24,428 nucleotides of DNA from a virus (IMGVR_UViG_3300037991_000410:1-24428); one strand, 5' to 3'. Positions 1 to 9,949 are shown, counted from the first letter of the stretch. Made by a program: numbers and translations. Notes: a model not told the origin generated them from the letters alone.

Positions 1-827
1 TCTCTTGAATTTAAAGGATTAACTACTGGATAATTATTTGTTGGTGTATCTTCTAAAGAATCATTATGGCGACCAGCACTTACTGAAACACCTTGAGGCG
101 ATACATTGTTTCCTAAACCGCTATAATCTTTTCCTATAGTTGTGGCTGTATTGTTTGAATTGTCAGTATAAGCTAAATAAAAACTATTACCTGAGAACCC
201 ACTTGTATATTTTTTAGGAATAAATTGTCCTGTTATTGTATCGGTTTCTGTAAAAAAAGAAGGGTCATAAGCCTGACCATCTATAAAATAAGTTTCAGCA
301 TAAGAATAATCACCAGAATCCCAATGTGCATCGTGATTTATATAGTGAGTTGTTGTTGAATTTATAAAAGTTGAGGAGCCTGATGCTGGCGTAATAAATG
401 TTGTAACTTCTTGCCTCACCCCATTAACATAAATAATTGCTCTGTCAGCAGACGTTCCATTGTCACTATCCCAAATCAACAAAATATGATACCAAGCTGT
501 TGGATCTCTAAATCTACCTGTAGTTACAATTTGTGCTTTGCTTGAACCGCTAACTCTTAATTGATAAGCTATTTTTCCATCAGATTCGAAAGCAAAATTT
601 TCTCTATTATTGCCTGTGCCATTAAAAGCAAAAATTGGTCTTAAATCATCGCCATGTTTTGCAACTTTTAACCAAGTGCTAAATGTCCATTTTTTTCTAT
701 TACCATCACTTGATCTACTAATTTCTAGGTAAGAATTATCGCTTCGATTTAGCCTAATACTCCTTTCAATTTCATAACTATCTGCTGCTCCAGATGCTCC
801 TGCTCGAATTGTGTCAAATAAAGCCAT
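1..827 (-). CDS. LamG/concanavalin A-like lectin domain protein, putative receptor-binding fibre component (runs off the window)
   Basis: Not in the ORF track. ATG at 827 directly follows the TAG of the upstream gene. It reads MALFDTIRAGASGAADSYEIERSIRLNRSDNSYLEISRSSDGNRKKWTFSTWLK..., later FRDPTAWYHILLIWD and YVNG, motifs typical of phage LamG-like proteins. Confidence 0.8.
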   Translation of the reverse strand, partial: MALFDTIRAGASGAADSYEIERSIRLNRSDNSYLEISRSSDGNRKKWTFSTWLKVAKHGDDLRPIFAFNGTGNNRENFAFESDGKIAYQLRVSGSSKAQIVTTGRFRDPTAWYHILLIWDSDNGTSADRAIIYVNGVRQEVTTFITPASGSSTFINSTTTHYINHDAHWDSGDYSYAETYFIDGQAYDPSFFTETDTITGQFIPKKYTSGFSGNSFYLAYTDNSNNTATTIGKDYSGLGNNVSPQGVSVSAGRHNDSLEDTPTNNYPVVNPLNSR

Positions 828-1925
828 CTATTTTACATCTAAAGTAACAACACAATGAACATTGTCGGCTGCTCGTACAACATAATCTAGTCTATCAACT
901 GCATTGGCTGCTGTCGACAAAGTAGGTGCTGTACCACCAGCAAATTTATAATCTGAATGGAAAGCTGCTGTTCTTCCGCCTGTCCCATCTTGAACAATAA
1001 ATATAGATCCACTTTGACCTATAGCATTTGAAGTCGAGCTAGGATCACCAAATGTTCTATTACCGCCAAGAGTAACAGTATGATGTATTCCAGAATCAAG
1101 ATCAACAGTAATTGTTGATCCATCAGACAAAGTAGATACAGCAGCAGCACATCTAGAATCAGCACCAAAAGATAGACCTGTGCTTAAACTAATTAATCCA
1201 CTTGCTGAGTCATTTGCATCTGATCTTAAAAATTGACTTGAATCAATACTATCCAAAGTTGCGGCGTTACCTCCGTCAGCAGAAGTTATGTAGCCAGCAC
1301 CATTTGTTATTGCATTATTGTTTAGTGAAATATTAGCCGTTCCATCGAAAGAAACACCAGCTATGGTTCGTGCAGTGGCTAAAGCCGTTGCTGTAGCAGC
1401 ATTTCCAGAAGTATCTTGGTTTCCAGAAGTGTTTACACCAGGTAAATTTATATTCCCAGTTCCATCAAACGATACCCCGCCAATATTTCGTGCGGTTTCA
1501 AGTGCTGTGGCTGTAGCTGCATTTCCTGTAGTGTCCTGATTAAGTGTGCCTACAACAAAATCTAAAGTACCATCACCGTCTTGGTAGGTAACAGTGATTC
1601 CTGTTTCGGTATTACCAGAAACCATACCACCTACAATATCTTGGACTTGTTCATTGGTCAGAGTTGCAGTTATATACCCTGCTCCATTAGTAATTGCATT
1701 ATTATTAAGAGATATATTCGCAGAACCATCAAAACTAACTCCTGCAATAGTTCTTGCAGTTGTCAAAGTATCAGCCGATCCAGCTACAATTCCAACCGCA
1801 GAACCACTGTCATTCTTACTAAATAACTTGCAATTACTGGTTCGTATTGCCAACTCTCCGACAGAAAGATCACTGTTTCCTGGATCGCTACCGCTTGCTC
1901 TTTTAAGTTTGATTGTGTTAGCCAT
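828..1925 (-). CDS. Tail fibre protein (Mtd-N-like N-terminus, three internal repeats, C-terminal adaptor domain)
   Basis: 365 aa, Gly/Thr/Asn rich. N-terminal IKLKR...GELA motif, repeats of TARxIxGVSFDGxxNIxL, and SD AGGAGG upstream. Confidence 0.8.
   Translation of the reverse strand: MANTIKLKRASGSDPGNSDLSVGELAIRTSNCKLFSKNDSGSAVGIVAGSADTLTTARTIAGVSFDGSANISLNNNAITNGAGYITATLTNEQVQDIVGGMVSGNTETGITVTYQDGDGTLDFVVGTLNQDTTGNAATATALETARNIGGVSFDGTGNINLPGVNTSGNQDTSGNAATATALATARTIAGVSFDGTANISLNNNAITNGAGYITSADGGNAATLDSIDSSQFLRSDANDSASGLISLSTGLSFGADSRCAAAVSTLSDGSTITVDLDSGIHHTVTLGGNRTFGDPSSTSNAIGQSGSIFIVQDGTGGRTAAFHSDYKFAGGTAPTLSTAANAVDRLDYVVRAADNVHCVVTLDVK
1287..1775 (-). repeat. Intragenic fibre repeats (3 copies)
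   Basis: TLTTARTIAGVSFDGSANISLNNNAITNGAGYIT / ALETARNIGGVSFDGTGNINL / ALATARTIAGVSFDGTANISLNNNAITNGAGYIT. Confidence 0.85.
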
Positions 1926-1950
1926 TGGCCTTGCCTCCTAATAGCTATTT

Positions 1951-3258
1951 TTAATAAGAACCACCGTCTATGTTGAAGCTAGACGCACTTTCATCTTCTA
2001 AAAATGTAACTAGGTCAGATAACGCAACCTGTTTCATAGTTCCAGCATCATTTGTTACTAAACGATCTGCTGCTGCCAAAGTAGTGGATGTTGCAGCAGT
2101 ATCACCATCCATGATGTTCAACTCGCTAGTGCTTACCGTTGCTCCGTCAAGAATCGCCACTTCAGTCGAAGTTAAGGCAGCTAAAGCAGCAGAAGCACCT
2201 GACTGACAACCAGATAAGTTATCAAGGTCTGCATCATACGCTTGGACATTTGTTCCAATCGCTAATCCTAAAGCGGTTCTAGCTGCACTTGCACTTGTAG
2301 CACCCGTTCCACCATCGCCAATAGCAAGTGTTCCTGTTATAGAACTAGCAGCAAGATCAACAGCAACTTCAGTAGATTCAATAACAAGTCCACCATTTGC
2401 TTTAAGATCAAGAGAAAGTGTATTACCTGATTTATCTAAGCCATCTCCTGCTGTTACCTGACCAGCACCAGAAAACTGAGCAATAGTAAGGTTATTTGTA
2501 CCAACAACAGCAGATCCTTTGTTAGATGTGCAAACAAATCCATTGTCAGCATTAACAGTTCCCTGTTCAACAAAAGTAAAGAATCCAGCAGCGTCATCTC
2601 CAGCAGCTAAGTCAGTTGCTCTTGCTGGACTAGACCCTACAACATAAATACCATTTTCCGAAGCAGTTGACTGATCTTTAACAAGAACACGATCATTAGT
2701 TGAAAGAGTTACACCATCTAATGTGTCTCCATTATTAAGAGCAGTAGATATTGTAATGTTTGCTGTAGTAGCTGCTACGCAAGAATCTTTAACATCTAAT
2801 CCCTGTGCAGTAGACTCTACAAACGATTTGGTCGCTGCATCTTGAGCATTTACAGGGTCAGATAGGTTAGTTATTGTTTGACTATTTAATGAAACTGAAC
2901 CTGTTGGCGCAGCCATTTGATCTAATCTATTTGCCTGTACACCTGTATCAAAATCACTTATTTTTGTATGAGCTAACGAGGGAATATCAGCAGCTACTAA
3001 AGCTCTAAATGTTGGAGCAGCATCACTACCTGTTGTCGGACCAGCTATAACTTTATTTGCATTTTGTACTGTCGATTTATCAAAGAAACTACCAGTTCCA
3101 CCGATTGCCTCAATAGTTGTAGCAGTTCCCCCTGCTCCACCTGTTCCGATACCAATAAATAGTTTTTTACTACCTTCTGCAAAAGCTAACTCAGCATTTG
3201 CAAGGCTTGTGGGTGCTGAAGATCCTGTAGATCTTTTTATGCGTACTGTGTTAGCCAT
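1951..3258 (-). CDS. Tail fibre / virion structural protein
   Basis: 435 aa. Mtd-N-like start (VRIKRS...ELAF), DAATKSFV motif, VKDSCVAATTANIT...DRVLVKDQSTASENGIY domain, GGTGATSASAARTALG motif; ends in IDGGSY. Confidence 0.8.
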   Translation of the reverse strand: MANTVRIKRSTGSSAPTSLANAELAFAEGSKKLFIGIGTGGAGGTATTIEAIGGTGSFFDKSTVQNANKVIAGPTTGSDAAPTFRALVAADIPSLAHTKISDFDTGVQANRLDQMAAPTGSVSLNSQTITNLSDPVNAQDAATKSFVESTAQGLDVKDSCVAATTANITISTALNNGDTLDGVTLSTNDRVLVKDQSTASENGIYVVGSSPARATDLAAGDDAAGFFTFVEQGTVNADNGFVCTSNKGSAVVGTNNLTIAQFSGAGQVTAGDGLDKSGNTLSLDLKANGGLVIESTEVAVDLAASSITGTLAIGDGGTGATSASAARTALGLAIGTNVQAYDADLDNLSGCQSGASAALAALTSTEVAILDGATVSTSELNIMDGDTAATSTTLAAADRLVTNDAGTMKQVALSDLVTFLEDESASSFNIDGGSY

Positions 3259-3288
3259 AGCGTTTTAGTTTAATGATACTAATGGATG

Positions 3289-3507
3289 TCAAAAATTTCC
3301 ACCATCCACAAGTGTTAAAACTGTGTGTGTGGCAGTAGCTTCAAACCTTGAGTTTGAACTATTAAAGACAGGAATTGAACCATCGACTTTGTTATCGCCA
3401 TTAAATTCAAACCCTGATGCAGCAGGACCTTGTGGGCCAGCCGTAGTAATTTCAACTGTAGTTACGTCAGAAACCTGACTTACAGTTACAGAATTGGGAG
3501 TGCTCAT
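3289..3507 (-). CDS. Small fibre linker protein
   Basis: 72 aa with a short collagen-like GPQGPA; ends in VDGGNF; ATGA overlap with the upstream gene. Confidence 0.7.
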   Translation of the reverse strand: MSTPNSVTVSQVSDVTTVEITTAGPQGPAASGFEFNGDNKVDGSIPVFNSSNSRFEATATHTVLTLVDGGNF

Positions 3508-3845
3508 GCGGTGTAACCCTCACTTATAAATAGTTTACCCTCTAAATAATAGTTTTTGCTACCCGAAGGTTCTGTTAATAATACGTCATAAAACAAAATT
3601 TCTGGAGTAAAAGTTGCAGTATCAGTATCAGACAAAGAAATATCTACAACTCCACCTGTCCTATTTGTATAAGCTACTGTCCAATCTGCATATTTTGTAG
3701 AGCGTGATTCATCATAAACTTGTGCAGCTACAGTATATCCCGTTAAATCTATAGCCGATCCAGTTGAATCTTTAAATGTTAGTCTAATAGGAAAGTCTGC
3801 TCTCCTATCTACAGTAAAATTCTTTTTTCCAGGAATAATTGCCAT
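3504..3845 (-). CDS. BppU-N-like baseplate/fibre attachment protein
   Basis: 113 aa with IDLTGYTVAAQV...ISLSDTDT...YDVLL...YYLEG pattern; sits between fibre genes. Confidence 0.7.
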   Translation of the reverse strand: MAIIPGKKNFTVDRRADFPIRLTFKDSTGSAIDLTGYTVAAQVYDESRSTKYADWTVAYTNRTGGVVDISLSDTDTATFTPEILFYDVLLTEPSGSKNYYLEGKLFISEGYTA

Positions 3846-4679
3846 TTATTTAATGTCTAAAGATACTGCACATTGAATAACATTGCTTGATTTTATTATA
3901 TAGTCAATTCTATCAATCGCACTAGCAGCAGTAGATAAAGTTGGTGCAACTCCACCTATAAATTTAAAAGCACTGTTAAAACTTGCTGTTCTAGATCCCG
4001 TTCCATCTTGTGTAACAAATATAGATCCACTTTGTCCAACTACCTGATTACTAGGTGCAGCAAAGGTTCTATTGCCACCCAAAGTAACAGAGTGATGACA
4101 GGCAGTAGCCATATCAATAGTAATTGTCGCACCATCAGATAATGCTGTAATATTTGAAGCTGCTCCACCTGTTAAAGAAACACCGCCTGATACAACTTCA
4201 AATTTTGTAGATCCTCCTAGTTGTAATTGTAAATTACCAGTACCAGTTTCATTAAATACTGAATTAGATCCAGAATGACTGATAGTAAGATCAGAAGAGG
4301 AACCAAATACTAATTTGGCATTATCAGCAAATTCAAGAGCATCATCCGATTTATCCCATAAAACACTATAGTTATCTCCTTGAAAAGCAACATCAACTGT
4401 TGTTAACGTGCCTGTCATTGTACCGCCAGCTACAGGAAGTAAGCCTAAATTTGCTGAATCTATATTTCCTATCTCAGTAAAACCACCATTACTTGAATTT
4501 CTTATTTTTAAAATATTTGAGGTCGTATTAAGAAAAGGCATACCAGCAACACATTGACTACTGGTTAAGTCAGTAGACTTTGAATTACTAGACTGGATCG
4601 CAGCAAAAACAGCGTTCAAATCAATTCTTACGTTCTGACCTGAGTTATTTTCAATAGTGTAGTTTGTTACGTCAGCCAC
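3846..4679 (-). CDS. Tail fibre protein with C-terminal adaptor domain
   Basis: 277 aa, GTG start, directly downstream of the J-like gene. GGTMTG motif; C-terminal ~100 aa paralogous to that of 828..1925. Confidence 0.75.
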   Translation of the reverse strand: MADVTNYTIENNSGQNVRIDLNAVFAAIQSSNSKSTDLTSSQCVAGMPFLNTTSNILKIRNSSNGGFTEIGNIDSANLGLLPVAGGTMTGTLTTVDVAFQGDNYSVLWDKSDDALEFADNAKLVFGSSSDLTISHSGSNSVFNETGTGNLQLQLGGSTKFEVVSGGVSLTGGAASNITALSDGATITIDMATACHHSVTLGGNRTFAAPSNQVVGQSGSIFVTQDGTGSRTASFNSAFKFIGGVAPTLSTAASAIDRIDYIIKSSNVIQCAVSLDIK

Positions 4680-4703
4680 AGTTAAATACTATTTTCCTCC
4701 ATG

Positions 4704-7700
4704 TTACCCTCCTTTGCCGAAACCAACAGCACTGTAGGTAAAGTTCCTATCAATACTAGCATCACTTGAGTTTTTAAAGTGAACTGTGAAGCCAGTTCCA
4801 GATATGCTACTAAGTTCAAAGTAATCACCTGATGCCATATTCTGTGGAGAGATATTAACAGAAGGTAAGAAGTTATTTAGATTACCTAGTGCAGATGTTC
4901 CAACAAAAAATGGTGCTGTAAATGTAACTGCTTTTGCTCCTGCTCCAGATGCAATAACAGCAGATTGTTCAGTTCTAGAGGGCAGAGTTGCTGTATACCC
5001 TAGTTGTTGTAAATTCATATTTTGAGCAGCATCGGCAGTTTCTAAAGTAGCTCTAAACTGAAAACCTCTACCTTTGAATATTCCGTTAGCCATGGTATTA
5101 AACGATCCATAAGTAGGAGAACTGCTTGGGTTATCAGTTGTTGTCCTTACAGCTAAAACAGCGTTGGCATCATTAGCTATCGAACCATCAAAATCTGTCC
5201 ATGTATCAATATTCGCTGTTCTATTATCAAACTGATCTCCAACATAGAAACCAGCACCTTGAAAATGTCTTTTCAAAGTAAGTGAAAATGTTGCACCTAA
5301 ATCAAGAGTCTCTACAAAATCATAAGTACCAGTAGCATTTGAACTAGGATCTGTAAGTTTTAATCCACCAAGAGAAGAGTCAAACGTAACATTACTTTTC
5401 GTTCCATTAAAAGGTGTACTGTCTGTATCTTCTCTGTCGGTTTTTACAGTTATAGAATCTAATATTTCTGGTAATGTTATTGAAACAGAAGCCTCTGTGG
5501 TACTAAAACGTAAGCCATCGTCTTGAAATTTCGCAAGATAAGTTCCTGGAAGTGCTGGACAAATTGCCTCTGTAGCGTTACCAGGTACAGCCTCAATAAT
5601 GTCCTGTGCAGCCTGGAACGTGGCAGATCCTCCCGTCAAATTTGTATGCCGTATGTAAACTCGACCTCCATGAAGAACATCTACAGCAGTGGCTTGTGTA
5701 AATCTTAATCTTACAAATTGATCGTTAATAGATTCAATACTAAGATTTTGTACATTCTCTGGTACAGCAGTTTTACCTTGAGCAACAAAAACTGTCTCAG
5801 TAGAATTAGGAGATATATTTAGAGCAGCATTAAATGAGTAAACTTCAATCGTATAACTTCCTCTTTTACTATCTAAAATCTCAAAGTCACTACTAAATAC
5901 AACTTGAGATATAAAATTAGTATCCTCAAATTTATAATTAACTAAATACTGAGTAACTCCATCTACAGGCTGCCAATCTATAATTAATTTACTTCTAGCC
6001 ATATTATTAAGAGTTACTATCTTTTCTGCAACAGTTAAGTTACTTGGAGGTGACGCTGGTGCATTTAGTAAAGATATTGTCCGTGTAGGTAATGCAGTAC
6101 CATTTTCGATAAAAGCATATTTGCCCTCAACATAAGACAAAGCTGTAATTACATAGTTAATATCGTCTTGCTCTTCAACTTGAATTACTCTAAATAATTG
6201 TGTTTGTAAATCCGTGCTAGATATTAGATAGGGTGCGTTTACATTTGGTGTGGAACTAAATGCAGATTGAGTTGTTCCATCAGATTTGGTAACACTATTA
6301 ACAGTAAAAACAGCACCGACAACATTAGAAACTGAACCTGTCTCAACTGTACCATCAGGCAAAATCACAGCGATAGTAACAGAATTATTTAGATCAGACA
6401 GTGTAGTATCTCCAACAGCATCAATAGTTATAGTTGTTGTAGTTGCAGCGACAACACGACCACCTCTTCTAGCCCCTGCTCTTACTGGATCATTTATTTC
6501 GATAACAGAACCAGGTCTAACAACAATTCCTGCATCTATTGAAGCTGAAAATGTAACAGTCTCACTTTCATTTTGTTCAGCAAAAAGAATTGCACGACCC
6601 AATCTGGCAGCTTGATTACGGGAAGTGCAAGCAAATGCTTTTACCTGTTTTACTATCGTTCCAAGTTTTGATATTGCTGTTGCATCTTCCACTACTTCAA
6701 AGTCAACTTCTTTTGAATCCATGTTGAAGTAACTGACAGAAACAACGCTATGTCTGGTTTTCAAACTGCTACCTGAGTAAGCAAAACCACCTTCACCTAC
6801 ATTGGCTAAATTAAACAGATAGCTTGCTGTTGTTGGCTTGTCTTGAGATATGGTTACAGATCCAGCAGACCAAATTGGCATACATCTCATGACTCCAGCT
6901 AAATCATTTATCGCTGCAAATGCTTCTTTAGGACTTTGAATATTTACATTGCAACTAAATCTAGCTTCAGTACCACCTTGTCCATCATCTACTAATTCAT
7001 TTGCATATTTACTAGCAGCTACAAAACTAAATAAATCTAAATTACTATCCGTAACATGATCTCCTAGACCATATCTAGTGTTTGTGAGCAAATCTAGTAA
7101 GCACATGGCTGGGCAATTTGTATAAACAGCAGCACCCATGACTCCATTAAAAATATATCCGCTTGGGTACACTATTCTGCCTGTTGCATTGTCAACAGTA
7201 GGCGTACCAGAACTAGATGCTCCTGCTCCTGGTATTCTTACTTTCACACCTCTAATACGATATTTTCTTGTGGGAATACGATTAAATTGTTTACTATCTA
7301 AGCGAAGAGCAACGTAAGCACTATTCGCATAAGTTGAACTGTTATCAATTACTTCTTGAATACTGGTAAATTGAAACGCATTTACTCGTGCTGCATCTGT
7401 ACTGTCTGCTGTGATTCGAACCACTCTAACGTCAACAGGGAAAGCACCTGTAACATTTATTCTATGATCTCTAGCATAAGCATCTGCTGTCCTACCGCTA
7501 ACAGAAGTACTTATGACATCTGTAAATCCACCAGAATTATACTGAACCTGTATTTTATATTCGACAGTATCTCCTCTAATATCTCCATCATCTTCAGCTA
7601 CCTGTATCTGAGGCCAAGTTAAAGTAACAATAATTGCATCTACATCTGTATTAGTAACTTGTCTAGTGACAGGTGAAGATGTAGTTACAGTAACTCCAAC

Positions 7701-8072
7701 ACCCGTAGGTGATCTACTTTCAGCAGGAATACCACTCATTGCAGTTTGGTTTGACGTTCCAAACTTAGATTTAAAAGTTACATCTTGAAAGTTAAAGTCG
7801 GTATCAGCAGGACTAGCACTTGTAGCTGTTGAATTTAATATTGGGGTGTCATCAAGAAAAACATCTTTCAAACTTGCATTGTCGTATGCAGTTGTGCCTT
7901 TTGTGAGACCTTCTTTTGATGCACTAGCAAAACCTTCTATCTCTCCTTCAGATATTAAATCCTGAACAGTAGCAAAACTTCTACTGTGTAAAGTATCAGG
8001 AGCACGATAAGGAGGTGGGGGTGGTTTTGGTGGGCCTCCTGCTCCTCTAATAAGTTTAGTTTCGTCTGTCAT
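4704..8072 (-). CDS. Tail tip / host specificity protein, lambda gpJ-like
   Basis: 1122 aa. DLISEGEIEG, NCPAMCLLDLLTNTRYGLG, EARFSCN and AFACTSRNQAARLG motifs, FN3-like region, and position after M-L-K-I. Confidence 0.93.
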   Translation of the reverse strand: MTDETKLIRGAGGPPKPPPPPYRAPDTLHSRSFATVQDLISEGEIEGFASASKEGLTKGTTAYDNASLKDVFLDDTPILNSTATSASPADTDFNFQDVTFKSKFGTSNQTAMSGIPAESRSPTGVGVTVTTSSPVTRQVTNTDVDAIIVTLTWPQIQVAEDDGDIRGDTVEYKIQVQYNSGGFTDVISTSVSGRTADAYARDHRINVTGAFPVDVRVVRITADSTDAARVNAFQFTSIQEVIDNSSTYANSAYVALRLDSKQFNRIPTRKYRIRGVKVRIPGAGASSSGTPTVDNATGRIVYPSGYIFNGVMGAAVYTNCPAMCLLDLLTNTRYGLGDHVTDSNLDLFSFVAASKYANELVDDGQGGTEARFSCNVNIQSPKEAFAAINDLAGVMRCMPIWSAGSVTISQDKPTTASYLFNLANVGEGGFAYSGSSLKTRHSVVSVSYFNMDSKEVDFEVVEDATAISKLGTIVKQVKAFACTSRNQAARLGRAILFAEQNESETVTFSASIDAGIVVRPGSVIEINDPVRAGARRGGRVVAATTTTITIDAVGDTTLSDLNNSVTIAVILPDGTVETGSVSNVVGAVFTVNSVTKSDGTTQSAFSSTPNVNAPYLISSTDLQTQLFRVIQVEEQDDINYVITALSYVEGKYAFIENGTALPTRTISLLNAPASPPSNLTVAEKIVTLNNMARSKLIIDWQPVDGVTQYLVNYKFEDTNFISQVVFSSDFEILDSKRGSYTIEVYSFNAALNISPNSTETVFVAQGKTAVPENVQNLSIESINDQFVRLRFTQATAVDVLHGGRVYIRHTNLTGGSATFQAAQDIIEAVPGNATEAICPALPGTYLAKFQDDGLRFSTTEASVSITLPEILDSITVKTDREDTDSTPFNGTKSNVTFDSSLGGLKLTDPSSNATGTYDFVETLDLGATFSLTLKRHFQGAGFYVGDQFDNRTANIDTWTDFDGSIANDANAVLAVRTTTDNPSSSPTYGSFNTMANGIFKGRGFQFRATLETADAAQNMNLQQLGYTATLPSRTEQSAVIASGAGAKAVTFTAPFFVGTSALGNLNNFLPSVNISPQNMASGDYFELSSISGTGFTVHFKNSSDASIDRNFTYSAVGFGKGG

Positions 8073-8686
8073 GCTTCTACCTGATTAGTGTCAATCGCTG
8101 CACTTATTACAACACTTCCTGTAATTATTTCACCGTAAACTATTGGAACGGGAGTGCCAGCCCTTGATGTATTTTGAACTCCACTAAAATTAAATGATAA
8201 TTGCGGATCTTGTTCTGAATTAAATTTCTGGGGTTCTGGTAGAGGAAATAACATCTCACTAACTCCCATAAGTGTTAGTCCTAAACCTATATTTGCCAAT
8301 GTCGCTGAAAATGCACCCATAGCTCCTGATCCTGCTGCTGCTGAAAAACCACTAAATCCAAATGTAGGTGCTGCCCCTGGTAGCAATAAAGCCGTGCCAA
8401 TTAATACTGCTCCTAATAAAACCTTTCCAAAACCTCTTCCTGCACCACTAATCACTGGAATAAAGTGTATATCTTGTTGTCCGATTGGGTGTCCTATTTC
8501 ATCTTTTTCAATATCATAATCACCAACTTTTACTTGGTAATATTTAGGACTCATAAAACTTTCAACTTTTGGAAAATTATGTATTAAAAAACTTACAGCT
8601 TTACTAACTGTATCTACCTTTACCTCGAACTCTTTGTGTCCGACAAATTTAGCTAACTCTCCATATAGTTTTACTTTACGAAGCAT
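8069..8686 (-). CDS. Tail assembly protein, lambda gpI-like
   Basis: VKLYGELA, IHFIPVISGAG, hydrophobic Gly-rich middle, NTSRAGTPVPIVYGE. Confidence 0.92.
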   Translation of the reverse strand: MLRKVKLYGELAKFVGHKEFEVKVDTVSKAVSFLIHNFPKVESFMSPKYYQVKVGDYDIEKDEIGHPIGQQDIHFIPVISGAGRGFGKVLLGAVLIGTALLLPGAAPTFGFSGFSAAAGSGAMGAFSATLANIGLGLTLMGVSEMLFPLPEPQKFNSEQDPQLSFNFSGVQNTSRAGTPVPIVYGEIITGSVVISAAIDTNQVEA

Positions 8687-9377
8687 AGCGATACCTCTTT
8701 CCTGTACATTTTAACAGCCATTCAGAGTAAGGCTCTCTACAAGATAGTCTATCGGTTAAATGATGAATAACATCTCCTTCAAAAAATAATGCTACATGAT
8801 TTAAAGTTGGGTGCAAAATGCTCATAAGTAAAACATCTCCATCTTGTAACTTTTCATCGGGTCTAAGTTCTCTAAAATTTGTCCTCCAAGCACAGTCCTC
8901 AAACAAAGGTTTATTATTAAATTCTTCTAGTGTAGTTGGTCTTTCCCAATCTCTAAGTTCGATATTCTTTTCTTCTTTATACCAATCTCTTACTAAACTC
9001 CAACAGTCTGTTATACCCCATACCCATTGACGACCCAATAAAGGTGGCTTATATCCACATGGTTCTAAGTATGCCCATTGCTCTGTTTTTGGATTAACAA
9101 TATACCACGGTAAATTACTATCTTCGCAGCTAATTTTATCTGCCTGACTAGGAGTTGGAGGTGTTATAGGGTGGCTATGAACAACACCAACTATTTCTCC
9201 TGTATTGTCTGCTTTTACATAATCTTCTGGGTCGATAATAAAACACTGATGATCTGTCATTGAAAGGTTACGACAAGGAAAATATCTCTCTTTACCCTTT
9301 ATGTTCAATAGTAAACCACAAGATTCTTTTGGATCTTCTCTTTGGGCATGAAGTAGTGCTTTATATTTCCAAGTCAT
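8676..9377 (-). CDS. Tail assembly protein, lambda gpK-like (JAB/MPN plus NlpC/P60)
   Basis: ESCGL and HSHP...PSQAD JAB motif; DCWSLVRDWY...NHVALF...HH NlpC/P60 motif. Confidence 0.93.
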   Translation of the reverse strand: MTWKYKALLHAQREDPKESCGLLLNIKGKERYFPCRNLSMTDHQCFIIDPEDYVKADNTGEIVGVVHSHPITPPTPSQADKISCEDSNLPWYIVNPKTEQWAYLEPCGYKPPLLGRQWVWGITDCWSLVRDWYKEEKNIELRDWERPTTLEEFNNKPLFEDCAWRTNFRELRPDEKLQDGDVLLMSILHPTLNHVALFFEGDVIHHLTDRLSCREPYSEWLLKCTGKRYRYAS

Positions 9378-9949
9378 TGAACAAACGTACCAATAGAGGG
9401 GAATATCGACCTAGTGCACTGACGCTTGGGTATTCTAACTCCTGCTAAATCTGTAGGAGCAGCAAGTTCAAATTCAACAATTTCTCTAGTTTCTGTTGAT
9501 TTACGATCTATTGCGTACACCTCTTGGGGAAACTCGGCTGTTGGATCAGCAGTTGCATTTGTTCCGTCAGCAAAATTAACAGCATCAATAAATTTAGCTA
9601 ATGTTCTTATTCTTGTTACTGTAGCTCCTGTCAAATCATTACCAGTTGTTGTTTCGTTTACAGATAGCAATATTGATGAAATCAATCCTGTTGCGTTACT
9701 AATACTTATTTTTGGCCTGGGTAACTGTCCTTTTTGAAAAGCAAAACCTGATGCTTGTATTGGAAATCTAAGATAAGAATTACCATTCCAAACGATTTGA
9801 CCATTCGCATTAAGGTTACTGCCAGCATGAAATCTATATACAGTATTTGCACCATGCAAAGCAGTTGATAATTGAAGTGTAAATAACTCTATAACCGCAG
9901 ATGGATTTATGTCCTGTAGGCTGCTAAATACTGATGCGTTTACTGACAT
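9374..9949 (-). CDS. Minor tail protein, lambda gpL-like (short, lacks the Cys-rich C-terminal domain)
   Basis: IVWNGNSY..FPIQASGF, LPRPKISISN, GATVTRIRTLAKFIDAVNF, VEFELAAPTDL. Confidence 0.92.
   Translation of the reverse strand: MSVNASVFSSLQDINPSAVIELFTLQLSTALHGANTVYRFHAGSNLNANGQIVWNGNSYLRFPIQASGFAFQKGQLPRPKISISNATGLISSILLSVNETTTGNDLTGATVTRIRTLAKFIDAVNFADGTNATADPTAEFPQEVYAIDRKSTETREIVEFELAAPTDLAGVRIPKRQCTRSIFPSIGTFVQ

Noticed and set aside
1940-1949. Palindrome AATAGCTATT before the fibre gene SD
   Set aside because: It is short, AT-rich and single-copy, so plausible by chance.
828-4145. Diversity-generating retroelement template/variable repeat pair
   Set aside because: Both copies are coding, differences are not adenine-specific, and no reverse transcriptase is present in the window.
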